Below, in pieces: positions 39,000-48,597 of a DNA stretch of 64,000 nt. Each line of letters starts with the position of its first letter. Position 1 is the stretch's first letter. The DNA is from Candidatus Hermodarchaeota archaeon (lineage in GTDB: Archaea > Asgardarchaeota > Thorarchaeia > Thorarchaeales > Thorarchaeaceae). The notes beneath the pieces are model-generated. The model was not told the DNA's origin. It saw nothing but the letters and a program-made list of their open reading frames with translations, and did no database searches. The stretch is taken from assembly GCA_048885865.1 (NCBI GenBank), contig JBHLLF010000002.1, positions 96,001 through 160,000 of the forward strand. The letters are read 5' to 3'. A program made the position numbers and the translations under genes.

Positions 39000-40076
39000 C
39001 TAAAGTTTCCTCTTTCCAAGCAGAAACTCCTCAACCCATCTCTCAGCTCTATACATGGTTGTAGGTGTGGGAGGCATCTTGAATCCATAGGCAGAGATCG
39101 ATTTCAGTGCTCCACCAATCTCTCTCTTGAGGGCTAATTTCGCACCGCGGATTGCATCCATTAGGATGGGTCCTGCATTTGGGCCATCAGTGACTTCCAT
39201 TCTGATATCAATCTTAATCGGTGCGCCTCCAAACTGGCGGCCATGTATATAGAAGTACGACTCCCTGCTGTTGTCCATGAATGGAACGAAATCTGAAGAG
39301 CCAGCCACGAGAGGAGCGTCATAAGGTAGGTCTTGACTGATTGCACTGCTCTTTACTCCTCGCTTCCTCATACGACCTCGATAATGCGAATCCAGTGACT
39401 CAGCTCCTCCGCCTACATCCAACTGATAGCTTTTATCTACACGAACTCCGCGAGCCACAAGAAGCTGGAGCAAGTTCCTATGAAGCACAGTTGAGCCAAG
39501 CTGGTCTTGAAGATCGTCTCCAATCAGAGGCAGTCCTTTCTCTTCGAATTTGTTGCTCCATTCTTGGTCAGAGGCTATCGGTATTGGAGCGCCATTAATG
39601 AATGCACATCCAGCTTCAAGACTGGCTCCAGCATAGAACTTTGTTGCTTCCTCGGCAGACCCTGGCAAGAGGTTGATGACGACCTCTGCCCCTGAGTCAC
39701 GAAGAATCTTGACAACATCCGAGTCGGATTCGCTGGAAACCGTGATCAATGCTCGAAGCATATCATCTACTCCATCGTGAACAGGACCTTTCTCTACTTT
39801 CACGCCGGTCCTAGGAACATCCGCAAATCGAATAACATTGTTGGGGTTGGCAAAGATTGCATCTGCTAGGTCTACGCCTACCTTTCCTTCAGCCACATCA
39901 AAAGCCGCCACGAAATTGATGTCTCTTACATGAAAACCAGCAAAATCTGGATGGCTAAGACCTACTAGGTCGTCGTTAGCTTTTGTATCTTTATAGTATT
40001 CCACGCCCTGGATTAGGGCGCTCGCGCAGTTGCCTACACCCACTATTGCTACATTTATCCCATTCATGCTATACAC
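39000..40076 (-). CDS. ino1: myo-Inositol-1-phosphate synthase
   Basis: VAIVGVGNCASALIQG, AAFDV..KVG.DL, IGDD, YQL.VGG, AYGFK.PP. Confidence 0.9.
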   Translation of the reverse strand: MYSMNGINVAIVGVGNCASALIQGVEYYKDTKANDDLVGLSHPDFAGFHVRDINFVAAFDVAEGKVGVDLADAIFANPNNVIRFADVPRTGVKVEKGPVHDGVDDMLRALITVSSESDSDVVKILRDSGAEVVINLLPGSAEEATKFYAGASLEAGCAFINGAPIPIASDQEWSNKFEEKGLPLIGDDLQDQLGSTVLHRNLLQLLVARGVRVDKSYQLDVGGGAESLDSHYRGRMRKRGVKSSAISQDLPYDAPLVAGSSDFVPFMDNSRESYFYIHGRQFGGAPIKIDIRMEVTDGPNAGPILMDAIRGAKLALKREIGGALKSISAYGFKMPPTPTTMYRAERWVEEFLLGKRKL

Positions 40077-40184
40077 CTCTGACTACACAGTATAGGCTCG
40101 GGACCGCATTCCCATGGTATACTTTTAAAGTTTTATGACCATATAATAGTGCGTTAATGAGACGTATGAGACCTCGGGGTGGTT

Positions 40185-40460
40185 TCGTCCAGAAGAAATG
40201 CTTATGTTGCTAGGACGCATACTTTCTGGTCGGACGTCTGGCTGAAGCCTGTTGCTCCTCACACATGCAGAAGAGTGTGTGACCGGATTCAACGTCTTTC
40301 CGAATGTCCTCCTGTAGGGAGATTCGGCTCTCACCCAGTGTTCAGAGAACGGCGTTGTATCACGTGGTTTGGAGCACCACTTACTCACGTTCAAATTGAG
40401 AGGGTGGACCTCAAATGCCCAGATGGGCACCAAGTCTTTGGCTCTGGCCAGCGTCCCCCT
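40185..40460 (+). ncRNA. Putative multi-stem non-coding RNA, family unrecognised
   Basis: Closing helix 40232-40249/40440-40456 enclosing at least five hairpins; G-U pairs favour the + strand; AT-rich TATA-like tract 40123-40148 upstream. Confidence 0.55.
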
Positions 40461-40485
40461 ATTCTTCAGGAATCTATTTCTCAGC

Positions 40486-41646
40486 TCAGAGACTCTCAGC
40501 CAATAGATCTACAATATCAGCGACTCCAATTGAGCTTCCTTCCTGACTTGCTCCCGCATCTAGGTTGCTTACGCAGAAGGGACATGCAGAAGCAATGAGG
40601 TCAGCTCCTGTTTCAATTGCCTGCCTAACCCTATCTGACGCTATTCGTTTGGAGAGATCTGAATCATATGAACGTACACCTCCACCTGCGCCACAACATA
40701 GTGCTGCTTCTCTCGTGGATTCCATCTCTACTAACTCTATCCCCGGAATATCAGAGAGAATCTCCCGCGGTGCATCATAAATTCTGAATTCTCTGCCAAG
40801 ATGACAGGGATCATGGTATGTGACTATCCTTTTCCGTCCAGGTCCTCGAAAGCTCAAATCTCCGTTTCTTATAAGTTCAGCCGCATACTCCACAATATGT
40901 ATCACTTGAGGAAGATCAATACCGAAGCGCTTTGGGAAATCCGACTTGAGTGTTTTTAGGCATCCAGGGCAAGATACAACAATACGCTCAGCTCCTGCCA
41001 CTTCAAATGCTCTTTTGATTCGTTCAGCATTCTCCTTAGCTTCCTCCACTCTGCCAGTCCTAATCATGATAGACCCACAGCATGGTTCTTCCCCAAGCAC
41101 CCCGAAGTCTTCCGCAGCTGCACTCAATATCTTCACAGTTGAGATGGCGATGTTTGGAAGTTTCATCCCTGCGGTACATCCCGTGTAGTAAATCGTAGAT
41201 GCCTTGGCTGGGACATCAAATCCGACCTCCCCTACCCAGTTTCTCCTGATGCTGTTGTCATCCTCATAGGGATTCAGATATTTCAGAATCCGTTCTGCAA
41301 TGGCATCCCTTGATTCATTTGGTGCATCACTCAGAACTTGACGGACCTGTTCGAGAGTCTGCTTGGGATCGAATTCAGCTGCGCAAATCTCTGTGCAATT
41401 TCCACATAGCATGCATGTGAAAATCGATTCGACATTTTCTGCAGTCTTCTCCAGCCTTCCATCGAGGAGCGCCTGTGCAACCTGGATTCTCCCTCTCATG
41501 AAGCTGGTTTCGAAACCACTTGAGTTCCTCCAGACTGGACATACGCCCTCGAAGCCTATAGATTCCAAGACGGCATTTCGACAGATGCCACACCTTCTGC
41601 ACTGAGCCAAGTTCTCAAGGAGGTCATCTATGTCTGCTCCGACCAA
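40486..41646 (-). CDS. GlcF/HdrD-like Fe-S protein (2x[4Fe-4S] plus two CCG domains)
   Basis: CRRCGIC, CMLCGNCTEIC, CCGS, YHDPCHLGR, CCGAGGG. Confidence 0.92.
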   Translation of the reverse strand: MVGADIDDLLENLAQCRRCGICRNAVLESIGFEGVCPVWRNSSGFETSFMRGRIQVAQALLDGRLEKTAENVESIFTCMLCGNCTEICAAEFDPKQTLEQVRQVLSDAPNESRDAIAERILKYLNPYEDDNSIRRNWVGEVGFDVPAKASTIYYTGCTAGMKLPNIAISTVKILSAAAEDFGVLGEEPCCGSIMIRTGRVEEAKENAERIKRAFEVAGAERIVVSCPGCLKTLKSDFPKRFGIDLPQVIHIVEYAAELIRNGDLSFRGPGRKRIVTYHDPCHLGREFRIYDAPREILSDIPGIELVEMESTREAALCCGAGGGVRSYDSDLSKRIASDRVRQAIETGADLIASACPFCVSNLDAGASQEGSSIGVADIVDLLAESL

Positions 41647-41649
41647 CTC

Positions 41650-43056
41650 TCAAATACCTCCTAAGACACCTGGATTCATTATCCCCTTGGGATCGAGCGA
41701 TGCTTTCAGAGACTTCACAAGTCCAAGGTATCTGTCCATCTCCTCAACGCCATCACTCCAATAAGGTGCTAGCTTGAAAGGAACTGCACCAGTCTTGAAT
41801 AGGCGGCGAGCTAGCTCTCCGTGTGCTTCACGCGCCCTCTGCGCTTCATCCCTATCTTGTGGATCATAGAATAGCTGTGGATAGAAATTGTAGCTAGCAT
41901 GTCCCGATTGGAAACCTGCAGTGTGACCTAGAATGTTATATTCCTCCATTACGGACCAGAACTCTTCGATAGTCCTGTGCCAATTTGATGGTGTTTGATG
42001 GTGATACAATATTCGCCAATGCCACCTATGGACATAGGAAGCTCGAACTAGAATCCTCATTCTATTCTTCCACTCACCTTCTGGCAATTCCTTGATGCCA
42101 ATTTCATAGCCACCAGTGCTTTCGCATAGTTTCCTAGTCATCTCAATGTCACTTTGGAGTTGGTCCTTTCGTAATGATCCAAGAACAAGAGAAACTGTGT
42201 ATTTTGGCCAATCATATTTGGGAATTCCAAATTCCTCTCCTATCATTTCGAGGAATAAATCGAGAATGTGACCTTCATAGATGACTGCCCAGAGAGAGCC
42301 AACATCATTTTGCTTTAGCTCAATTAGGAAATGCTCAGCCTGGCCTGCGTCGTCAAAGCCAAAAGTATTGTAGTCGAACTGATGCATCCGCTTGTGGGTC
42401 TTGAGTGATACTTTCGTGATGATGCCAAAACTGCCTAAGGAACCAATAAAGAGCCCAGTAAGGTCTGGACCAAACGAATATCGCAGGAAAGGTCCTGGTG
42501 CATTTGGATTAGCCTCAGATCCAGTCTGAATGATGCGGCCATCCGATAGCACCACCTCCAATCCTAGGACAAATTCTGCAATGCATCCGAATTTCGATGA
42601 TCCAAATCCCGCTCCGTTTACAGCAACATTTCCTGCGACTGTCGCCGAAAGTGATGAGCCAGGGTAGAATGGAACCCACAGGTCATCCGGCTTGAGAAAA
42701 CTGTCAAGCATGCCGTATGTGACACCCGCTCCAACGGTAACTGAACGAAGTTCTTTGTACAGAATAATATTGTTCAATCGCATCATTTCTATGACAAGTC
42801 CGCCATCTTTGGGAATAACTTCTCCTTGAAGGCTAGAACCGCCTGATCTCGGTATAACCGGGATTTGATTCTTGTTTGCAATCCTCATGATTTGCGCAAC
42901 TTCATCGGTATTTCCAGGACGGACCACAGCTCCTGGCATCACAGGGTCATAGCTAGTTGATGCTGAAACAGAATATGCAATTAGCACATCTTTTCTAGTC
43001 GATACATACTCCTTTCCTACAATCTTCTCCAATTCAATGATAACTTTAGGATCCAT
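41650..43056 (-). CDS. GlcD/D-lactate-dehydrogenase-like FAD-binding oxidoreductase
   Basis: PRSGGSSL, ATVAGNVA.NG.G, GSLGSFGIIT, LDPKGIMNPG. Confidence 0.9.
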   Translation of the reverse strand: MDPKVIIELEKIVGKEYVSTRKDVLIAYSVSASTSYDPVMPGAVVRPGNTDEVAQIMRIANKNQIPVIPRSGGSSLQGEVIPKDGGLVIEMMRLNNIILYKELRSVTVGAGVTYGMLDSFLKPDDLWVPFYPGSSLSATVAGNVAVNGAGFGSSKFGCIAEFVLGLEVVLSDGRIIQTGSEANPNAPGPFLRYSFGPDLTGLFIGSLGSFGIITKVSLKTHKRMHQFDYNTFGFDDAGQAEHFLIELKQNDVGSLWAVIYEGHILDLFLEMIGEEFGIPKYDWPKYTVSLVLGSLRKDQLQSDIEMTRKLCESTGGYEIGIKELPEGEWKNRMRILVRASYVHRWHWRILYHHQTPSNWHRTIEEFWSVMEEYNILGHTAGFQSGHASYNFYPQLFYDPQDRDEAQRAREAHGELARRLFKTGAVPFKLAPYWSDGVEEMDRYLGLVKSLKASLDPKGIMNPGVLGGI

Positions 43057-43149
43057 TTTATCACCTCCGCGTACCTGAGCGAATCATAAAATGCACTGAA
43101 TCATCATCAAGTCGCTCGTGGTTTTTTGGGCCGCTTTTATAGATGCTGC

Positions 43150-43800
43150 TTATTTTCTGACATCATTAACAATATCAAGAAACATCTTGACATTTTCAGT
43201 GATGACTTCATAGCGGCCATCCTTTATTGCCTTCTTATCAGTAATGGCGCTACCTACACCTAACGCAAAAGCCCCTGCTTCCAGCAATGGACGTGCCGTT
43301 TCTAAATTGACGCCCCCTGTGGGTACTAGCGGAATCTGGGGAAGAGGTGCTCTCACAGCCTTGATGTACTCGGCTCCTCCAAGATTTCCACATGGAAAAA
43401 TCTTGACTGCATCGGATCCAAGATTATACGCATCAAGAATCTCTGTTGGTGTCAGCGCGCCAGGAATGCAAGGCTTGGAGTGTTTCTTTGTTGCTTCGAT
43501 AAGCTCCCTTGAGTATCCCGGACTTACAATGAATTCGCTGCCTGCAGCCACTGCATCGTCAACCATCTTGGCGTTGAGAACCGTTCCGGTACCAATCAGA
43601 ACCTTGTCACCTAGTTCATCAGTGAGCTGTCGGACTACATCGGTTGCTCCCGGAACACTGAAGGTGACTTCAATGATTCTCACTCCACCCTTGAGGAATG
43701 CATCTGCGACCTTCATTGCAGTTTCAGAAGAATCGACGCGGATTATTGGAATAAGTCCAGTCCTCTGTATCAACTCTAGAGCTTTCTCTTTTTCCCACAT
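43150..43800 (-). CDS. eda: KDPG/KHG aldolase
   Basis: IEVT, GTGTV, FIVSP, PGALTPTEI, KIFP (Schiff-base Lys), PTGGV. Confidence 0.92.
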   Translation of the reverse strand: MWEKEKALELIQRTGLIPIIRVDSSETAMKVADAFLKGGVRIIEVTFSVPGATDVVRQLTDELGDKVLIGTGTVLNAKMVDDAVAAGSEFIVSPGYSRELIEATKKHSKPCIPGALTPTEILDAYNLGSDAVKIFPCGNLGGAEYIKAVRAPLPQIPLVPTGGVNLETARPLLEAGAFALGVGSAITDKKAIKDGRYEVITENVKMFLDIVNDVRK

Positions 43801-43810
43801 GACTTCAACC

Positions 43811-44806
43811 CTACCTATCTATCCTGAGGCCGCGTTCACGTCCTTTGATGAGCTTCTCAACTTCTTCCTTGTATACGAAGGCCAGGTCTCCAGGCACGGA
43901 GTGTTTCAATGCTGAAAATGCAGAGCCAAAGTCCACAGCTTTCTGAAGGTCGTTCAGAATGAGGTAGCCGTAGATGAAACCTGCGCTGCATGAGTCGCCT
44001 CCTCCAAGTCGATCTATCACTTCAACATCATATACGGGGCTTTTGTAGACTTTACCATCAGAATACGCGAATACTGACCATTTGTTTGTAAGAACGGTGG
44101 GAGTTTCTCGAATCGTGATTACAACCACTTCAAATCCGAATTTCTCAGTCAGCTTCTTGGCGACGTCTTCGTAGTCCTTACCCTCAATACCATAGACCAC
44201 CTTCGTGTCCTCTTCTGTGGTAATCAATATGTCAATGTACTCTGAGGCTGGCTCAGTAAACTCTCTCGCCTCTTCTGGTGTCCATAGCTTGCCTCGATAG
44301 TTTACATCGTATGAAACCTTGCAGCCCTTTTCTTTAGCTATCGTCAAAACTTCCGTAGTGGCATCTGCGCATGAGGCACTCAATGCAGGAGTGATGCCGC
44401 TGGTGTGGAATAGCTTTGTGCCATCAAGTATCTTGTTCCATGGAACCTCTCTAGGCATGATCTTGCTTATTGCGGACTCCTTCCTATCGTAGATGACTCG
44501 ATTTGTCCTAGGAGCCGCTCCAAATTCAACGAAGTAGACGCCGCAGCGACTATCTGGATCCCAGAGAATATGGGATGTATCAACACCATGCTCTCTAGCC
44601 TGGTTTCGGATGAAATGGCCAATGGAGTTGTCACCGAGCTTCGTTACATAGGCTGAGCTGAGCTCAAGACGGGAACATGCCACAGCCACATTCATCTCAG
44701 CTCCCCCTGCATGAGCGTTGAAGCTGTGAGTCTGTTCAAATCTCATAAAGTTGGGAGGTGATAGTCGGAGCATGACCTCTCCAAAGGTGACTACATCATA
44801 TCCCAT
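43811..44806 (-). CDS. kdgK: 2-Keto-3-deoxygluconate kinase (PfkB family)
   Basis: FGEVMLRLSP, GGAEMNVA, YDRK.SA, DVNYR.KLW, DRLGGGDS. Confidence 0.88.
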   Translation of the reverse strand: MGYDVVTFGEVMLRLSPPNFMRFEQTHSFNAHAGGAEMNVAVACSRLELSSAYVTKLGDNSIGHFIRNQAREHGVDTSHILWDPDSRCGVYFVEFGAAPRTNRVIYDRKESAISKIMPREVPWNKILDGTKLFHTSGITPALSASCADATTEVLTIAKEKGCKVSYDVNYRGKLWTPEEAREFTEPASEYIDILITTEEDTKVVYGIEGKDYEDVAKKLTEKFGFEVVVITIRETPTVLTNKWSVFAYSDGKVYKSPVYDVEVIDRLGGGDSCSAGFIYGYLILNDLQKAVDFGSAFSALKHSVPGDLAFVYKEEVEKLIKGRERGLRIDR

Positions 44807-44885
44807 TGAATCACACTCTTTGGTCGATTAAACAAGAAGAGAAGGAATGGTCTGAGAGTTAAATCTGCCGTAAGTAGGATGATGC

Positions 44886-47231
44886 TTAAGTGCTAGGCCT
44901 GAACTCCGTTCGTGCAATTACCTCATCCTGAACAAATGGGTCAAGTTCAATGAAGTAAGCACTGTAACCTGCAACGCGTACGATGAGATCCCTATGTTGC
45001 AGGGGATTCACTTTCGCATCCTCCAATGTTTCCTTGTCCACGACATTGAACTGTACATGCAGTCCTCCAAGCTTGAAATATCCGTCAATTAGACTGATGA
45101 ATTTCTTTCTGCTAGAAGTGGATTCGAAGTAATCCGGAGTGAACTTCATGTTGTAGAGTGTTCCATTGTAGCAAAGCCTGTGGTCCAGTCGCGCCACGGA
45201 GTTCATAGCAGCAGTTGGCCCATGAACGTCGCGATTCTGAGTTGGCGACACGCCGTCAGAAATCATCTTTCCAGCTTTTCTGCCATCTGGAGTTGCTCCA
45301 AGAACCTCGCCTTGAGGTATATACATAGAAACTGAGAATAGTGCACCATGATACGGACCATTTCGCGTTGTCATCCTTTTCTGAATTGAATTACAGAAGG
45401 CTCTGCCTGTGTCACGAGCTAAGAAGTCTACTCGCTCAATGTCATTTCCGTATTTATCAGGATCGTTCTCAAGACGAATTCTGAATTCTTCTTTACCTTC
45501 ATAATCGTTCTCTAGCATCTGAAGCATCTGGTCCATCGAGATTTCAGTTGACTCGAATACGTATTTCCTTACCATCGAAAGCGAGTCGGCTACAATCGCA
45601 ACGCCGGTGCCCATTATGCCTCCGGAGTTATACTTCGCTCCTCCTTCCTGCATTGTCTTTCCAATTTCCAAGCAACCCTGAAGGAGTGATGAGATGAAGG
45701 GTGTAGGTTTTTCGCTTGAGAGAATACCTGCCGCTACTCTATCCGCCCTCGTGAGGAGGTCGATGGCGTGATCAAGCTGTTTCTCATAAGCTTGCCAGAG
45801 TTCATCAAATGATTTGAAGTCCCTTGGGTCACCAGTCAAGAGACCTACCATTTCTCCAGTACCCGGGTCTCTACCGTTATTGAGGGTTATCTCTAGAATC
45901 TTTGGCAAATTGACATAGCCGATATTCTGCCTTGGATCTGACTTTCCAGCTATGATAGGCTCTACGCATCCAAGGATGGAATAGTCATGGATTTCGGAGG
46001 GATCCGTTCCCTTATCCTTCATTAGTGGGATTATAATCTCATCATTGAATAGGCCCGGCATACCTAGTCCTTTGGAGATGACATCAACAACCTTGAGTTT
46101 GAATCTCTCTGGTGTCCCCTTATGCCACCTAAATGAAATGGTGGGCTGAGTAACTCTTGTGTTTCCAGTGGCCTCAAGAATGAGTTCTGTTAAGTCATTA
46201 CATGCATCATCACCATTGGAGTCCTGACCGCCAATGGTAAGATTCTGAAACATAGGAAATCCTGCAAAAGCTACGCTATAGTATTCATTGCGGAGCTTGA
46301 TTACAGAGGCGAATTTTATCCACAACATCTCTAGGAGCTCGATGGCTGTTTCCTTGTTTATCAGACCTGACGCAATATCCTTGCTGTAGAAGGGATACAT
46401 GTATTGGTCGAATCTTCCAGTTGATACAGAATGGCCATTCGACTCCAATTGCACTAGCAAATGAATGAACCAAAATGACTGTAGCGCCTCATGAAATGAA
46501 GTGGCTGGCTTGGCAGGCACTCTTCTACATATCTCTGCCATTTGCTCAAGTTCTTTCCTGCGTTCTGGTTCATTTGTATCTGCAGCCATTTGCTCTGCCA
46601 AGTCTGCATATCGATTGGCGAACCCAATAACTCCTGCTATTGAAATTTCAACAGCCTCATAGAATTCCTGTTTGTCCTTGTCCTTTGTCTTGGCCTGAAG
46701 GCTAGCAGCTTCACTGGCCATCGCTTCAAGCCCTTCAGATAGAACACGTTCGTAGTCTGGAATGAAGTGGCCAATTCCAGTACCTGGCGCTCCAATAGTG
46801 AACAATCCAGCTTTAGATGCACGCTGTGAATCCGCAGGCATTTCTTCCCGAGCGATTTCAGCTGTGCTTTTCCCTTTCCAATATTCAAAGACATCTCTGA
46901 GTGTCTTTTTGTCGGATTCTTCTATCTCAAAACGTTCAGTTCGTCGCTTGTTGAATCGGTCAAGCTCGTCATAAATCCAAGTCCAACTATATTCTGGGAA
47001 GATCTGACAGGAGCGAGGAGTGGGTCCCATGTTTGCCACAATGACCTCTTCTGGCTCAATTCGTAGAGTCATATTATCTAGGACGAATGAAAATGCCTTT
47101 GCCATTCTAATCTTAGCTGGCTCATCTTCATGCGATTTGAGATACTCTGTGAAAAGCCTCGCTCTCTCTGAGGATATAGTTGGCTGAGCATCTAACATGC
47201 GGTCGCGCAAGCGACTGGTCCGAGAGTTCAT
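44886..47231 (-). CDS. Glycyl radical enzyme, PFL2/diol-dehydratase-like
   Basis: GCVEP active-site Cys motif, RVAGYS glycyl loop, ESNGHS, GRFDQY; ORF extends to 47249. Confidence 0.95.
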   Translation of the reverse strand: MNSRTSRLRDRMLDAQPTISSERARLFTEYLKSHEDEPAKIRMAKAFSFVLDNMTLRIEPEEVIVANMGPTPRSCQIFPEYSWTWIYDELDRFNKRRTERFEIEESDKKTLRDVFEYWKGKSTAEIAREEMPADSQRASKAGLFTIGAPGTGIGHFIPDYERVLSEGLEAMASEAASLQAKTKDKDKQEFYEAVEISIAGVIGFANRYADLAEQMAADTNEPERRKELEQMAEICRRVPAKPATSFHEALQSFWFIHLLVQLESNGHSVSTGRFDQYMYPFYSKDIASGLINKETAIELLEMLWIKFASVIKLRNEYYSVAFAGFPMFQNLTIGGQDSNGDDACNDLTELILEATGNTRVTQPTISFRWHKGTPERFKLKVVDVISKGLGMPGLFNDEIIIPLMKDKGTDPSEIHDYSILGCVEPIIAGKSDPRQNIGYVNLPKILEITLNNGRDPGTGEMVGLLTGDPRDFKSFDELWQAYEKQLDHAIDLLTRADRVAAGILSSEKPTPFISSLLQGCLEIGKTMQEGGAKYNSGGIMGTGVAIVADSLSMVRKYVFESTEISMDQMLQMLENDYEGKEEFRIRLENDPDKYGNDIERVDFLARDTGRAFCNSIQKRMTTRNGPYHGALFSVSMYIPQGEVLGATPDGRKAGKMISDGVSPTQNRDVHGPTAAMNSVARLDHRLCYNGTLYNMKFTPDYFESTSSRKKFISLIDGYFKLGGLHVQFNVVDKETLEDAKVNPLQHRDLIVRVAGYSAYFIELDPFVQDEVIARTEFRPST

Positions 47232-47287
47232 CGTCAAATATACTAGCACGATAGCTATTTACTCTTCCCCTAGCGCCAAAATTCGAG

Positions 47288-48448
47288 CTATCGAAGGAGC
47301 TTCGGCAAATATGTATCAAGTCTCTGGATGGCATCTTCAATCGTTTCAGTAGACATGGCATAGCAGATACGAAGGAACCCTTCACCATAATGGCCAAAAG
47401 CTGAACCATGAACTGTGACAACACCGGTGTCCTCTACAAGCTTAACTGCCAGGTCTAATGACTTGATTCCGAATGCGCTAACATCAGGGAAGACATAGAA
47501 CGCGCCCCCAGGCGGAGCTAATTCAACTCCCTCAATTGCATTCAATCCCTTTGTTATGATATCTCGTCGCTTTCTGAATGTGTCAGTCATTATCTTCACA
47601 GAGTCCTGTGGTCCACTTACAGCTGCTTGTGCAGCTTTTTGTGAGATTGAGGTAGGCATCGATAACACATGTTCCTGAAGTTTGACCATATTCTCTATTA
47701 TCTCTGCGGGACCAGTTGCGAAGCCAATTCTCCATCCTGTCATTGCGTAGGTCTTTGAGAACGAGAAGAGTGAGACTGTTCTTTCCTTCATTCCAGGTAG
47801 CGATCCAATGAAGAGCGGCTTTTCATCGTTCCATCTAAACTTCTCATACGCACCATCCGCTAGGACATACAAATCATGCTCGATTGCGATTTCAGCGATT
47901 CTCTTGAGTTCGTTTCTCGGAATGGTTCCCCCAGTAGGATTGTTGGGGAAATTGAGAACCAGCAGCTTAGTCTTGTCAGTAATCAATTCCAGGAGGTCGT
48001 CAGCTTTGAAGGAAAAACCCAGCTCTCTCTTAAGCTGAATTGGAACCCCTATTCCACCACACATTGCGATATGTGCAGCATGGCTTACAAATCCAGGGTC
48101 TGGATAGATTACCTCATCTCCTGAATCGACAATGACAAGATTAGAGAGCAATAGGGAGCCCATGCCTCCTGCAGTGCAGATAATCTCTGTGACAGGGTCA
48201 GCGTCTATGCCATTATCTCGCTTAAGCTTCTCTGCAAATGCTTCGCGGACTTCAGGTAAGCCAGCATTGTGGGTATACTTCGTGTACCCGTCTGCAATTG
48301 CCTGATATGCGGCATCCTTGATGTACTGTGGAGTATCGAAATCAGGCATACCGACTGTCATATCAAGTGCATTCTCTCTACCCATTGCCATTCTGAACAT
48401 CTTTCGAATCTCGCTGGCCACAATGATTTCATTTCTCTTCGCGAGCAT
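47288..48448 (-). CDS. PLP-dependent aminotransferase class I/II
   Basis: GMPDF, NFPNNPTG, SFSKTYAMTGWRIG. Confidence 0.93.
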   Translation of the reverse strand: MLAKRNEIIVASEIRKMFRMAMGRENALDMTVGMPDFDTPQYIKDAAYQAIADGYTKYTHNAGLPEVREAFAEKLKRDNGIDADPVTEIICTAGGMGSLLLSNLVIVDSGDEVIYPDPGFVSHAAHIAMCGGIGVPIQLKRELGFSFKADDLLELITDKTKLLVLNFPNNPTGGTIPRNELKRIAEIAIEHDLYVLADGAYEKFRWNDEKPLFIGSLPGMKERTVSLFSFSKTYAMTGWRIGFATGPAEIIENMVKLQEHVLSMPTSISQKAAQAAVSGPQDSVKIMTDTFRKRRDIITKGLNAIEGVELAPPGGAFYVFPDVSAFGIKSLDLAVKLVEDTGVVTVHGSAFGHYGEGFLRICYAMSTETIEDAIQRLDTYLPKLLR

Positions 48449-48597
48449 TACTAGTCCCTGATGGTGGCGGAGTCCACCTGCTTTATATAATGTGCCAATT
48501 GGACCACCTGATTATCTGAGGTTAATGTCCTCAATGCATAGGAGATTTAAGACGCCATTAGGAAACATAGCCAAGGATGACCATAGGAGAACAATAA

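Noticed and set aside
40125-40598. ORFs 40125..40433 (-) and 40179..40598 (+)
   Set aside because: No motifs, one overlaps a real gene antisense, and the region is better explained as structured RNA.
43244-43915. Long antisense ORFs (e.g. 43244..43915, 14624..15238, 56658..57251, 32813..33355)
   Set aside because: They shadow well-supported genes on the opposite strand and show no protein motifs.
44886-47249. Pyruvate formate-lyase or choline TMA-lyase assignment
   Set aside because: Lacks the PFL Cys-Cys pair and has His where CutC has its GGD Asp; left as an unassigned diol-dehydratase-like GRE.
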